This document shows positions 44,827 through 56,931 of a DNA stretch of 64,000 nucleotides, in pieces (positions within the stretch are counted from its first letter, which is position 1; each line of letters begins with the position of its first letter). The stretch lies in assembly GCA_963800865.1 (NCBI GenBank), contig CAWDCL010000004.1, positions 1,821,800 to 1,885,799 of the forward strand, given 5' to 3'. The translations under genes and the position numbers were made by a program. This DNA comes from an uncultured Acidobacteriota bacterium. Lineage in GTDB: Bacteria; Acidobacteriota; Polarisedimenticolia; J045. The notes under the pieces are model-generated. The model was not told where the DNA came from. It made no database searches and was given only the letters and a program-made list of their open reading frames with translations.

Positions 44827-46082
44827 CACGCACCGCGCCCGTCCTGCTGCTCGTGCTTGCGTTCCTGCCGGTTTTCGCCGAGGAGCCGGCGCCGGCGCCG
44901 GTCACCGAGCCGGATGCGACGGCCGCCGTGACGGAGGAACCTGCGCCGCCCGCGACGAGAGCCGTCCGCGAGCGCGTCGGGGTGCTCACCGCGATCGAGG
45001 TCGCGGCGGACGAGGTGGTCGAGGGCGACGTCGTCTGCATCGGCGGCACCGCCAGCGTGGCCGGACGGGTCACGGGCGACGTCGTCGTCGTGGGGGGGAC
45101 GCTCGACCTGGCGGGCGCGGTCGAGGGGGAACTCGTCGCCGTGGGGTCTTCCGTCTCGTTCGGACCGGACGCGTCGGTGCGCGAGGACGTCGTGACCGTC
45201 GGAAGCCGCGTGGACGACGCCGGACTCGAGTACGGCGGCCAGCGGGTGAACGTGGTCCCGATTTTCGGCATCCCGACCGCGCGCGGGTCGTTCGGCGTCT
45301 TCACGTCGATCCTGGGCTGGATGGCGCTGCTGCGCGTCTTCCTGGTCTTCATCGTGATCCTGGCCTGCCTCGCGCTCGCGCCGCGCCAGGTCCAGGAGCT
45401 GAGCGAGCGGATCGGCCTGGGCTACGTGCGCGCGCTGTTCATCGGCCTGGTCGCGCACGCGGCGCTCTTCGCGATCGGACTGTTGCTGGCGATCACGGTG
45501 ATCGGGCTGCCTGTCCTGCTGGCGCTGCTGGCGGCCTTCTGGCTGCTGCGGATCCTCGGTCGCGCGGGGCTGTTCCACGCCGTCGGTCTGGGGCTCGGCC
45601 GCGGGTTGTCGCGCGAGATGTCGCTCGTCGGCGCGACGCTGCTCGGATTCGTGCCGTGGGCCCTGCTCGTCGTGCTGCCCTACTTCTTCGGCTTCGCCGG
45701 GCTGATCGTGGCGATCGCGGTGCGGATCGTGCTCTGGCTGCTGGTCGACTTCCCGGCGATCGGGGTCGTGCTGGAGTGGCTCTACGAGCAGCGCCGGGTG
45801 CGACCGTCGGCCGCGATCCCGCCGACCCCGCCCGCACCGCCCGTCGTGCCGGTCTCGGTCGTAGCGCCGGCCGGCCGTCAGATCAGCGCGGCCAGCGACT
45901 CGCACGCGCCCGCGAAGGGCCGCGGCCCCGTCGGACGGTCGCGCCCGCCCGGGAACCGTGCCAGGAGCGCGTCGAGCCGCCGCGCGCTGGCGGTCACCCG
46001 GTCCGGCGGCAGGTCCCCCTGCGCGATCCGGCGCGCGAGTTCGTCGCGCGCGCGGCGCGGTGCGTCGAGGCCGTGGCAGTAG
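44823..46082 (+). CDS. Secreted/membrane protein with beta-helix-like VxGxV repeats (putative adhesin/DUF4097-like) and a C-terminal multi-TM domain, in the ECF cassette
   Basis: ATG 44823 overlaps the anti-sigma stop. Signal peptide MTRTAPVLLLVLAFLPVFA. Repeats (GDVVCIGGTASVAGRVTGDVVVVGGTLDLAGAVEGELVAVGSSVSF) and TM helices follow. The last ~70 aa overlap the convergent nagZ gene and may not be real. Confidence 0.6.
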   Translation: MTRTAPVLLLVLAFLPVFAEEPAPAPVTEPDATAAVTEEPAPPATRAVRERVGVLTAIEVAADEVVEGDVVCIGGTASVAGRVTGDVVVVGGTLDLAGAVEGELVAVGSSVSFGPDASVREDVVTVGSRVDDAGLEYGGQRVNVVPIFGIPTARGSFGVFTSILGWMALLRVFLVFIVILACLALAPRQVQELSERIGLGYVRALFIGLVAHAALFAIGLLLAITVIGLPVLLALLAAFWLLRILGRAGLFHAVGLGLGRGLSREMSLVGATLLGFVPWALLVVLPYFFGFAGLIVAIAVRIVLWLLVDFPAIGVVLEWLYEQRRVRPSAAIPPTPPAPPVVPVSVVAPAGRQISAASDSHAPAKGRGPVGRSRPPGNRARSASSRRALAVTRSGGRSPCAIRRASSSRARRGASRPWQ

Positions 46083-46957
46083 AGCGCCAGGTCGCAGCCC
46101 GCGTCGAGTGCTCGCCATGCGCGCTCGCCCGGTCCCGCACCGGTCGCGACCGCCCCCATCTCGAGATCGTCGCTGATCACGAGTCCGTCGTAGGCGATCC
46201 GCCCCCGGAGCCAGTCGCCGATCAGCGTCCGGCTGAAGGTCGCCGGTCGCGGCGCGTCGCCGTCGAGCGCGGGGTAGTGCGCGTGCGCCGTCATCACCAG
46301 CGGCGAGCGCGCGGCGAGCGCGCGGTACGGGAGGAGGTGCTCGTCCCACAGCGCGTCCGTCGACAGGGGCGAGGTGGCGAGCGCGAGGTGCGTGTCGAGG
46401 TCGGTCCCGCCGAGCCCGGGAAAGTGCTTCAGGCAGCCGGCGATCCCCGCCGCTTCCAGCCCGTCGAGTACCGCTTCGGCCACCGCCGTGACTCGTTCCG
46501 GCGCCGTTCCAAAGGAGCGATCGCCGATCGCGTTGATCCCCGGGCCGTCGTCGAGATCGACGATCGGGTGGAAGTCGACGTCGAACCCGAGCGCGGCGAG
46601 CGCGCGCCCGACCGCGGCCCAGACCGCCTGCACACGCCCCGCGCCCCAGTCGGCCTGGACCCGGCCCGGCGGCAGGCGGTGGAACAGCGGTTCGATCTCG
46701 CGCAGCCGGTTGACCCGCCCCCCCTCCTGGTCCACCGCCACGAACAGGGGCACCCCCCCGGCTTCCCGCAGGCCGACGATCAGGTCCGCCGTCTGGCCCG
46801 GCGAACGCAGGTTGCGGGCGAAGAGGATGACGCCGGCAGGACGCAGTTCCTCCAGCGCTCGCGCCTCTTCCGCCGGAAGTTCCGGCCCCGAGAGGGCGGC
46901 GACGACGAGTCGCCCGGCGGCCTGGTCGACGAAGACGGGGTCGGGATCGCGCATCAC
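45878..46957 (-). CDS. nagZ: Beta-N-acetylhexosaminidase (GH3, NagZ-like)
   Basis: GH3 motifs (KHFPGLGGTDLDTHL, VISDDLEMGA). 359 aa. Confidence 0.8.
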   Translation of the reverse strand: MMRDPDPVFVDQAAGRLVVAALSGPELPAEEARALEELRPAGVILFARNLRSPGQTADLIVGLREAGGVPLFVAVDQEGGRVNRLREIEPLFHRLPPGRVQADWGAGRVQAVWAAVGRALAALGFDVDFHPIVDLDDGPGINAIGDRSFGTAPERVTAVAEAVLDGLEAAGIAGCLKHFPGLGGTDLDTHLALATSPLSTDALWDEHLLPYRALAARSPLVMTAHAHYPALDGDAPRPATFSRTLIGDWLRGRIAYDGLVISDDLEMGAVATGAGPGERAWRALDAGCDLALYCHGLDAPRRARDELARRIAQGDLPPDRVTASARRLDALLARFPGGRDRPTGPRPFAGACESLAALI

Positions 46958-47163
46958 GCGATTGTCCGGAGCCGCGGCGGGCGCGTCAACGCGCCGCGGA
47001 CGGGCAGGGAGGATCCGGGACCGCGAACGATAATGCCCCTTGGGATAATCTCTGTTAGTCGGTGCTTCGCGACGCTATCCGTCTTTTGTTCAGCAACTTA
47101 GCAGCAGCCTCGAATGTCCTGCAGCGACCGGGCGGAAAATCGGGGGCTTGCCGGGGGAGGGTC

Positions 47164-47191
47164 CCGAGGTTATCTTTCGCCTCGGCTTTTT
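47164..47191 (+). terminator. Intrinsic-terminator-like hairpin (CCGAGG…CCTCGG followed by CTTTTT) in the leader of the M23 peptidase gene
   Basis: A 6-7 bp GC stem, 7-nt loop and T5 tract on the plus strand, 40 nt upstream of GTG 47231. It is preceded ~120 nt upstream by an extended -10-like TGGGATAAT (47041-47049). Confidence 0.4.
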
Positions 47192-47230
47192 GCCTACCTG
47201 ACCAGTAAATAGACGACGAGGGCCCCCCGA

Positions 47231-48130
47231 GTGCTCTTCCGCCGCCAGTTCACGATCATGATCCTGCCGGACGCCCACCTGCGGCTGCGCCGGCTTCACC
47301 TTCGGGGAGCCCACTTCGTCTGGGCCCTCGCCGTGCTCGGCGTCGTCGGCGGCCTGGCCGCCAGCGCGCCGCTGCTCGGCCTCTGGGCCGGCCAGCTCTC
47401 CGGGCAACTGGCCGAAGTGAGAGAGGAGCGCGACCGGCTCGCCGAGCGCTCCCAGGAAGTCGAAGCGACGCTCTCCGACCTGCGCCGCAAGATCGACCAG
47501 TTCGAGCGCCGTACCGAGAAGATGGCCTCGCTGGCGGGACTCGACATGCAGAGCCTTTCGCGCAGCGGCCTGGGCCAGCCCAATGGCATCGCCAACATGG
47601 CTCCGGCGCTCCGTGCCGACGTGCTCAAGAGCGAGGCCGAGGATCTCAGCGACCGCAGCGCGGTGCTCGAACGCCGGCTCGAGAGGGTCGAGAACGAACT
47701 CTCCGAGCGGTCCGAGCGGCTCGCCCGCATGCCGTCGTTGCTCCCCGTTCCGGGCCTGATCGGCGGGGGTTTCGGTTGGCGCCGCGATCCCTTCACCGGC
47801 GCCCGCCAGTTCCACCGCGGCGTCGATCTCTCCGCCCCGGTCGGGACGCCGGTCCTCGCACCGGCCGACGGGATCGTGCTCGCCGCGGAGCGCGAGAGCG
47901 GCTACGGGAACGTCCTGACGGTGAGCCACGGCGACGGGATGGTGACGCGCTACGGCCACCTCGCCGGCTTCAAGGTCAAGCCCGGCCACGAGATCCGGCG
48001 CGGCGAGACGATTGCGGTCGTCGGCAGCACCGGCCGTTCGACGGGCCCGCACCTGCACTACGAGGTGCTGCTCGAAGGGCGCCAGGTCGATCCGATGGCC
48101 TACATCCTCGACGAGGGCACCGGCTTCTGA
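47231..48130 (+). CDS. M23-family metallopeptidase (LytM domain) with an N-terminal TM and coiled-coil
   Basis: HxxxD…HLHYEV LytM motifs (FHRGVDLSAPVGTPV…GPHLHYEV). The start is GTG 47231 or ATG 47258. Confidence 0.8.
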   Translation: MLFRRQFTIMILPDAHLRLRRLHLRGAHFVWALAVLGVVGGLAASAPLLGLWAGQLSGQLAEVREERDRLAERSQEVEATLSDLRRKIDQFERRTEKMASLAGLDMQSLSRSGLGQPNGIANMAPALRADVLKSEAEDLSDRSAVLERRLERVENELSERSERLARMPSLLPVPGLIGGGFGWRRDPFTGARQFHRGVDLSAPVGTPVLAPADGIVLAAERESGYGNVLTVSHGDGMVTRYGHLAGFKVKPGHEIRRGETIAVVGSTGRSTGPHLHYEVLLEGRQVDPMAYILDEGTGF

Positions 48131-48264
48131 ACCCGGGCCCCGCCCGCGCCACATCGCCGCCCCGATCCGCCGCCGGCCGTCCCAAGGGGCGGCCGGTCCT
48201 GCGTGCGGCTTCCGGTCATCCGGGCTAGGATCCCCGCGTTTTCCTCATCCTCCGGAAGGTCAAG

Positions 48265-50991
<2,727 letters not shown>

Positions 50992-50994
50992 TCC

Positions 50995-51169
50995 GGCTTC
51001 GCCTGCGGCTACGCCGGGCAAGCCCCCGTTCCGGCGCGGCTTCCGCCTCCGCTGCCTCCGATTCGCCTCCATGCGCCGCCCCGGATTTGACCGGGGCTTG
51101 CCCGGGCACCAAGTTCGTCCCGTGCCTCGCCCCTGGCCGGGCCTGCCCGGCGTAGCCGAAGGCGAAGCC
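50995..51169 (+). repeat. Long imperfect inverted repeat (31-nt arms with 2 mismatches, ~113-nt C/T-rich spacer, plus an internal 12-nt copy) occupying the secA-SPFH intergenic region
   Basis: Left arm 50995-51025 is GGCTTCGCCTGCGGCTACGCCGGGCAAGCCC. Right arm 51139-51169 is GGGCCTGCCCGGCGTAGCCGAAGGCGAAGCC, its reverse complement apart from 2 mismatches. The middle 51094-51105 (GGGCTTGCCCGG) also complements the left arm. The right arm ends 1 nt before the GGGAG RBS of the downstream gene. Confidence 0.6.
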
Positions 51170-51179
51170 GGGAGACCGC

Positions 51180-52142
51180 ATGCCCCTCACCCTCGAAGTC
51201 ATCGAGTGGCGCCAGGACGACGGAACCGAGATCGTGCACCGGGTCGAACCGGGCGGCGAGATCAAGCTGGGCGCCCAGCTCACGGTCACCGAGAGCCAGT
51301 GGGCGGTCTTCTTCAAGGACGGACGGGCCTACGACGTCTTCGAGGCCGGCCGGCACCTGCTCGACACGAAGAACATCCCGCTGCTGGTCGAGGTGCTGAA
51401 GCTCCCCTACGGCGGCCGCTCGCCGTTCCGCGCCGACGTCTACTTCGTCGCACGCAAGCTGTTCGCGGACCAGAAGTGGGGGACGCGCGAGCCGGTCGTC
51501 TTCCGCGACCCGCAGTTCGGCATGCTGCGGCTGCGGGCCCACGGCCGCTACGCGATCCACGTCGCCGAGCCGCGGAAGTTCGTGAATGTCCTGGTCGGCA
51601 CGCTCGGCCGCTACACCACGGCCCAGCTCGAGGACTACCTGCGCGAGGTGATCGTCGCCCGGCTGAACGACGCGCTGGGCGAGCTGGCGATCCCGCTGCT
51701 CGATCTTCCGCGCCAGTACGACGAGATCGCCGAGGAGCTGAAACGCCGGATCGCGCCGGACGTCGCGCGGCTCGGCCTCTCGCTCCCGGCGTTCTACATC
51801 GGCGCGATCGTCCCGCCCGAGGAGGTGGCCCGGGTGATCGACGAGCGCTCGTCGATGGCGGCGGTCGGCCTCGAGGGCGACTACCTGCGCTTCAAGGCCG
51901 CGCGGGCGCTGGGGGACGCCGCCGCCGGGAGCGGCGGCGCGGCGGGCGAGGCCGCGGCCGGAGGGGCGGCCGCGGGGATGGGGCTCGGGGTCGGCGCGGG
52001 ACTCGGGATGGCGCTGCCGGGGATGCTGCGCGAGCTTGCGGTGCGGGGGCCGGCGGCGAGCGCCGGCTGCGCGCGCTGCCAGGCCGCGCTGCCGCACGGC
52101 GCTCGCTTCTGCCCGCAGTGCGGCGCGCCGCAGGGCGGCTGA
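51180..52142 (+). CDS. SPFH/band-7-domain protein with Gly/Ala-rich linker and C-terminal CxxC…CxxC zinc ribbon
   Basis: The N-terminal ~230 aa matches the bacterial SPFH-like family ([48 protein letters not shown]…). It ends …[21 protein letters not shown]. Confidence 0.65.
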   Translation: MPLTLEVIEWRQDDGTEIVHRVEPGGEIKLGAQLTVTESQWAVFFKDGRAYDVFEAGRHLLDTKNIPLLVEVLKLPYGGRSPFRADVYFVARKLFADQKWGTREPVVFRDPQFGMLRLRAHGRYAIHVAEPRKFVNVLVGTLGRYTTAQLEDYLREVIVARLNDALGELAIPLLDLPRQYDEIAEELKRRIAPDVARLGLSLPAFYIGAIVPPEEVARVIDERSSMAAVGLEGDYLRFKAARALGDAAAGSGGAAGEAAAGGAAAGMGLGVGAGLGMALPGMLRELAVRGPAASAGCARCQAALPHGARFCPQCGAPQGG

Positions 52143-52189
52143 TCGCCGCTCGGCACCGCGGGTGGACGGGGGCGAGCCCCGCCGCATAG

Positions 52190-53689
<1,500 letters not shown>

Positions 53690-53822
53690 GGGCCTCCCTG
53701 GGGGGACTGCCCGGACCGGCCGCGGGCGGACCCGCCGGCTCCGGTGCCCCCGGCGCCGCTCGCTGACTCGCGGTTCCGCGCCGGGAGGGTAGAATCTCCC
53801 GGTTTGGGCGGGGCCACGCGAG

Positions 53823-55220
53823 ATGATCGAACGGCGACAGGTGATCGTGCTCGAGTCGGTGCGGCGCTTTCTGCGCCGTTCCGCCCACACGCACCTCGTC
53901 AACCTGCTCGCCAAGGTCCGCCCGCCCGATTTCGGGCCGATCTACGAGAAGCTCTCCGAGCGCGAGCGGGTCGCCCTCTTCCGGCTGCTGGCGACGCGCG
54001 ACCCCGAGCTGGGGGCGGGTTTCCTGGTCGAGCTGCCTCACGAGACCGGGCCCGACCTGCTGCGGCTGCTCGGCCCCGAGGCTGCGGCGCGCCTGCTCGA
54101 GAAGTGCGCCGAGGACGACGCCGCGGACCTCCTGGCGCGCCTCGACGACGAGGAGAGCCGCCAGGTCCTCGACGGGATGCGTCCGGAGGACAAGGCCGGC
54201 GTCGAGAAGCTGCTGATCTACGCCGACGAGACCGCCGGGCGGATCATGACCCCCGACGTCTTCAGCCTCCACGAGGAGACGACGGTCGAGAAGGCGACCG
54301 CCGCGCTGCGCTCGCGCGAGAGCATCGAGATCGCCTTCTACCTCTACGTCGTCGACGACCGCAAGCACCTGGTCGGCGTGGTCTCGCTGCGCGAGCTGCT
54401 GCTCAATCCCGCCGACGCGAAGCTGAAGGACATGATGAACGCCGACCTGATCACGGTTCGCACCGACGCGGACCAGGAAGAGGTCGCGCGGATCGCCTCC
54501 AAGTACGACCTGCTCGCGATCCCGGTCGTGGACGAGCAGGGGCGGCTGGCGGGCGCGGTGTCGATCGACGACGTGATCGACGTCCTGCGCGAGGAGGCGA
54601 CGGAGGACATCCTCCGGATGGCCGGCACCTCGGAGGAGGAGCGGATCCAGCCGTCGATCGGCAAGTCGGTCCGGACCCGCGCCCCGTGGCTGGCGGCGAC
54701 CTTCGTCGGCGGGCTCGCGGCGGCGGTGATCATCTACCGGCTGTCAGGAATCCTCGCCGGCTTCGTCGGGCTCGCCGCCTTCTTCCCGATCATCCTCGGG
54801 ACCTCCGGCTCGGCCGGGAACCAGTCGGCGACGGTGATCATGCGCGGCCTGGCCACCGGCCGGATCCGCGAGGGGATGTACCTCTCGACGCTGGCCCGCG
54901 AGGCCGGCGTCGGCGGGCTGCTCGGGCTCGCCTACGGGCTGCTGCTGGTGCTCGGCTCCTCGCTGATCGTCGGGAGCGCGGGGATCTCGGCGCAGGGCGT
55001 CGGCGGCGTCGTCCGCGTCGCGATCGTGATCGGCCTGTCGCTCGCGCTCTCGATCGTCACCGCGACGGTCCTCGGGTCGGTCGTCCCGCTCGTGCTGCAG
55101 CGCCTCAAGCTCGACCCGGCGACCTCGACCAGCCCGCTGGTCACCTCGACCGTCGACGTCATGGCCTCGCTGATCTTCCTCGGCCTCGCGAGCCTCGCGC
55201 TCGCCGCGTACGCCCCGTGA
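53823..55220 (+). CDS. mgtE: Magnesium transporter MgtE
   Basis: N-domain, tandem CBS domains and a 5-TM C-terminal domain (…GNQSATVIMRGLATG…), as in the MgtE family. Confidence 0.9.
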   Translation: MIERRQVIVLESVRRFLRRSAHTHLVNLLAKVRPPDFGPIYEKLSERERVALFRLLATRDPELGAGFLVELPHETGPDLLRLLGPEAAARLLEKCAEDDAADLLARLDDEESRQVLDGMRPEDKAGVEKLLIYADETAGRIMTPDVFSLHEETTVEKATAALRSRESIEIAFYLYVVDDRKHLVGVVSLRELLLNPADAKLKDMMNADLITVRTDADQEEVARIASKYDLLAIPVVDEQGRLAGAVSIDDVIDVLREEATEDILRMAGTSEEERIQPSIGKSVRTRAPWLAATFVGGLAAAVIIYRLSGILAGFVGLAAFFPIILGTSGSAGNQSATVIMRGLATGRIREGMYLSTLAREAGVGGLLGLAYGLLLVLGSSLIVGSAGISAQGVGGVVRVAIVIGLSLALSIVTATVLGSVVPLVLQRLKLDPATSTSPLVTSTVDVMASLIFLGLASLALAAYAP

Positions 55221-56011
55221 GCCGGCACGCCGAGTCGGAAGCGATCGTGCTCGACGCGCGGCTCGCCGGGGAGGCGGACCGGCGCGTGCTGCTGCTCTGC
55301 GCCTCGGGGGAGCTGGTGCGCGGCGTGGCCCACTCGGCCGCGCGCTCGCGCAAGCGCTTCGGCGGCGCGCTGCAGCCCGGGGCGCGGGTGCAGGCGCGCT
55401 GGTCGGTGCGGCGCGAGGGGGCCGAAGCGGTCCTGGAGGAGGCGCACCTCGTCGCCTCGCCGCCGCCGGGCGACCCGCTCGAACGGCTCTATGTCGCGGC
55501 GCACCTGCTGGAACTGGCCGGTGCTTTCGCGCGCGAAGGGGCCGAGGACCCGCGCCTGTACCGCCTGCTCTCGGCCTGCCTCGACGCGCTCGGCGGCGGG
55601 GCGCCGCCCGACCCGCTGGCGCGCTACGCCGAGGCCTGGACGCTGCGTCTCGCCGGGCTGCTCGGCGACCTCGCGGCCTGCGACGAGTGCGGCGCCCCGC
55701 TCGCCGGCCGGCGCGCGCAGCTGGCCCCCGAGAGCGGGGCCTTCTGCGCCGCGCACGGCGTACCGGGGGCCCGCACGCTGGGGCCGGGCGCGACCGGCTG
55801 GCTGGCTGCGACCGTGCGCGTCGGCCCGTCCGCGCTGCCGGACCTCCCGGCGCCGGTCGGGCGCGAGCTGGCGGGCGCACTGCCCGCGCTCGTCGTCGCC
55901 TTCACCGGCCGGCCGCTCGTCGCCTGGCCGGCCCTCACCACGCTCCGCGCGGAGCGGCCGCGCGCGGCCCGGCGGATCCCCGCCGCGCCCGCCGGGAAGG
56001 ACAGCGCGTGA
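55217..56011 (+). CDS. recO: DNA repair protein RecO
   Basis: The GTG 55217 start overlaps the mgtE stop. RecO N-terminal OB-fold and zinc-finger region (CDECG…C…H). 264 aa. Confidence 0.8.
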   Translation: MSRHAESEAIVLDARLAGEADRRVLLLCASGELVRGVAHSAARSRKRFGGALQPGARVQARWSVRREGAEAVLEEAHLVASPPPGDPLERLYVAAHLLELAGAFAREGAEDPRLYRLLSACLDALGGGAPPDPLARYAEAWTLRLAGLLGDLAACDECGAPLAGRRAQLAPESGAFCAAHGVPGARTLGPGATGWLAATVRVGPSALPDLPAPVGRELAGALPALVVAFTGRPLVAWPALTTLRAERPRAARRIPAAPAGKDSA

Positions 56012-56931
56012 ACGACACCTTCAAGATGACGCTCCAGGAGATGTTCCTGGCGCTCTCCCGCTTCTGGGCCGACCGCGGCTGCATCGTGCACCAGCCCTTC
56101 GACAAGGAAGTCGGCGCCGGGACGATGCACATCGAGACCTTCTTCCGCAGCCTCGGACCCGCGCCGTGGCGGGTGGCGTACTGCCAGCCGTCGCGCCGGC
56201 CGGCCGACGGGCGCTACGCGCTGAACCCGATGCGCGTCTACGAGCACTTCCAGTACCAGGTGATCCTCAAGCCCTCGCCACCCGACGTCCAGGACCTCTA
56301 CCTCGACTCGCTCAGGGCGCTGGGGGTCGATCCTGAAGTCCACGACGTCCGCTTCGAGGAGGACAACTGGGAGTCGCCGACGCTCGGCGCGGCGGGGGTC
56401 GGCTGGCAGGTCACGATGGACGGGATGGAGATCTCGCAGTTCACCTACTTCCAGGTGATGGGGGGAGCGGAACTCGCGCCGGTGCCGGTCGAGCTGACCT
56501 ACGGGCTCGAGCGGATCTGCATGTTCGTCAACGACATCCGCGACATCTTCGACATCCCGTGGGCGCGCGCGCCGTGGGCCCCGGAGGGGGTCGTCCGCTA
56601 CCGCGCGCTGCGCGAGCGGGCCGAGCGCGAGCTGTCGGCCTACTCCTTCGAGGAAGCCGACGTGGAGGGGCACCGGCAGGCGTTCGACGTCGCCGAGCGC
56701 GAGGCCCAGCGCCTGCTGGCGCGGACGAAGCCCGGCCCGGACGGGGACGCGGTGCCGGCCGCGCTGCTCGTTCCGGCCTACGAGCGGGTGCTGGAGGCTT
56801 CGCACCTGTTCAACGTGCTCGGCGCGCGGGGCGCGCTGTCGGTCACCGAGCGGCAGGCGATGATCCAGCGCATCCGGCGCCTCGCGGTGCTGTGCGCGAA
56901 GACCTGGCTCGGCGCGGGGGAGGCCGCCTGA
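56008..56931 (+). CDS. glyQ: Glycine--tRNA ligase alpha subunit
   Basis: Highly conserved GlyQ sequence (…FWADRGCIVHQPFDKEVGAGTMH…YCQPSRRPADGRY…). GTG 56008 overlaps the recO stop. Confidence 0.9.
   Translation: MNDTFKMTLQEMFLALSRFWADRGCIVHQPFDKEVGAGTMHIETFFRSLGPAPWRVAYCQPSRRPADGRYALNPMRVYEHFQYQVILKPSPPDVQDLYLDSLRALGVDPEVHDVRFEEDNWESPTLGAAGVGWQVTMDGMEISQFTYFQVMGGAELAPVPVELTYGLERICMFVNDIRDIFDIPWARAPWAPEGVVRYRALRERAERELSAYSFEEADVEGHRQAFDVAEREAQRLLARTKPGPDGDAVPAALLVPAYERVLEASHLFNVLGARGALSVTERQAMIQRIRRLAVLCAKTWLGAGEAA

Noticed and set aside
53690-53822. M-box (Mg2+) riboswitch upstream of mgtE
   Set aside because: The spacer is only ~130 nt and lacks M-box conserved segments. There is just a 7-bp hairpin (CCGGGAGggtagaatCTCCCGG) and a TAGAAT -10-like hexamer.
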